DNA of 63,414 bases, filler included, from Octopus bimaculoides (taxonomy: Eukaryota), in the NCBI RefSeq assembly GCF_001194135.2. It is 7 parts of 7 records of this genome, joined end to end, with 100 filler letters (N's around TTAATTAATTAA, not from the genome) between each part and the next. Parts side by side here need not be neighbours in the genome. Positions count along the whole stretch, not along the records: positions 57,319 to 63,414 come from NW_026436131.1; 6 more parts are not named here. One strand, given 5' to 3'. A program made the translations under genes and the position numbers. Shown here piece after piece: positions 62,198 through 63,414 of this stretch. Positions within the stretch are counted from its first letter, which is position 1; each line of letters starts with the position of its first letter. The notes under the pieces were generated by a model. That model made no database searches. It was not told the origin of the DNA and saw only the letters and a program-made list of their open reading frames with translations.

Positions 62198-63135
62198 CCA
62201 TCACTATCATCATCATCATGATCGTCATTGTTACGTCCGTCAGTTCATATTGCGTCAATCGAAAGGAGTTCATTGTCCAGATATTCTACACATGGATGCC
62301 TTTCCTGTCAACAAACATCGACAGACTTCTTCAAGGCTGGACATGTTGACAGTGGTGGCAGAGTGGAGTGGGAGACGGGTCGGAAATACAGAGGATGTCT
62401 GTAAGTGTGTGAGAGAGTAATGAATATTTTACATCGAATTTTAATTATAACAATTACAACGATCGAATACGTACATATAACGTGAATACAGGCTTGTATG
62501 AATACGTTCATACTAGACTGTGTGTATGTATATATGTATGCATGTATGGGATTATTTAGTTTTATTTCAAGATCTTCTGTCAATGGAGGGTCAGGTGACT
62601 TCTAACCTAGATTCAAGGCTTTTTCATTGTAATTTCAACATTAACAACGAATTTTTGCATGTATGTATATGGTTGAGCAGTATTTCAGGTCACTGTACGT
62701 ACATATTTGCAAATTTTGCTTTATGTGTGTATTTAAATGTATATAGCTGCATGTCTAGTTGTAAGTATATCGAAATGATATATTTCTGGAATGAGTTACA
62801 ATTGAATAGATCCAGTCATCGCTTAAATCTGTAGTATTCGTACCGGCTTTCTCCTGTCTGGATTTGAGAAGCCTAATTTATCAAGATTAGGCAGTCCCTT
62901 TTATATCCCAATGCTCCAATAATTACAAATTACAAGTTCGGATTTATACGTGAAAATGTAGTCTTGATAGAGTAAATAAGTTTCTCAAGAGTTCAGTGTA
63001 GGTATTTATTTCGTGTTTCGCTGATCTTAGGGTTTATGTTAACATCCGCTGGTCATCTGACCTCTAAAACTGTTTTCACTGGAACATTCCACAAGAACTT
63101 CTTACTATCATTAGCAGCAATGCCTTCTATCGTAC
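61995..63135 (-). mobile_element. 3' end of the second restriction-like-endonuclease LINE family (copy 2)
   Basis: IEGIA..FLWNVPVKT..PADVNINPKI..ELLRNL..VIIGALG..NLDKLGF at 62770-63135. Confidence 0.7.
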
Positions 63136-63414
63136 TGTGGGATCTTAGTATGTATGCATGCATGTATGTATGTATGCATGTATGTATGTATGCATGCATG
63201 TATGTATGAATGCATGTATATATAAGTATGTATGTATAATGAATGTATGTGCGTGTGTCATCACTATACAAATGGTAAATAATGCTAATTTCTTAGGAGA
63301 GAGAGAGAGAGTTGTGTGAAATAATTTGAGAAGAGGATTGTTGACTATTTTAAGACCAACCTTGTGTTGTTTTCCACTTGACTTAACATTTAGAACATAC
63401 TTTAGAAACCTGTC

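Noticed and set aside
1-63414. CRISPR array, rRNA or prokaryotic/viral gene cluster
   Set aside because: No repeat-spacer array, rRNA sequence or long intact ORF was seen; the tandem arrays have no unique spacers.

Overview
Repeat-dense, AT-rich, gapped animal genomic DNA. It is most likely an octopus, judged from my recognition of the tRNA-derived SINE families, the RTE tails and the microsatellite load; no search was run. The window is not contiguous: six identical 100-nt spacers (44 N + TTAATTAATTAA + 44 N) split it into seven assembly pieces. The only host gene I can support is three small + strand exons (22537-22602, 27504-27555, 36124-36191; 66/52/68 nt) of an SLC5 sodium:solute symporter of the NIS/SMCT/SMVT subfamily. 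The rest is several SINE families, RTE, R4/Dong-like, CR1 and Penelope-like retroelements, a decayed Gypsy, a deleted mariner, MITEs, a Helitron-like end and many micro/minisatellites, often nested. The best novelty candidate is a composite at 32255-33756: a tRNA-like head, a (TAA)n tract and an arm carrying a Penelope-type minimal hammerhead ribozyme motif, with an inverted copy of that arm on its left and a Dong-like LINE inserted in the (TAA)n. Nearly all ORFs in the supplied track are microsatellite or gap artefacts. All family assignments come from reading motifs by eye, and the boundaries of decayed elements are approximate.
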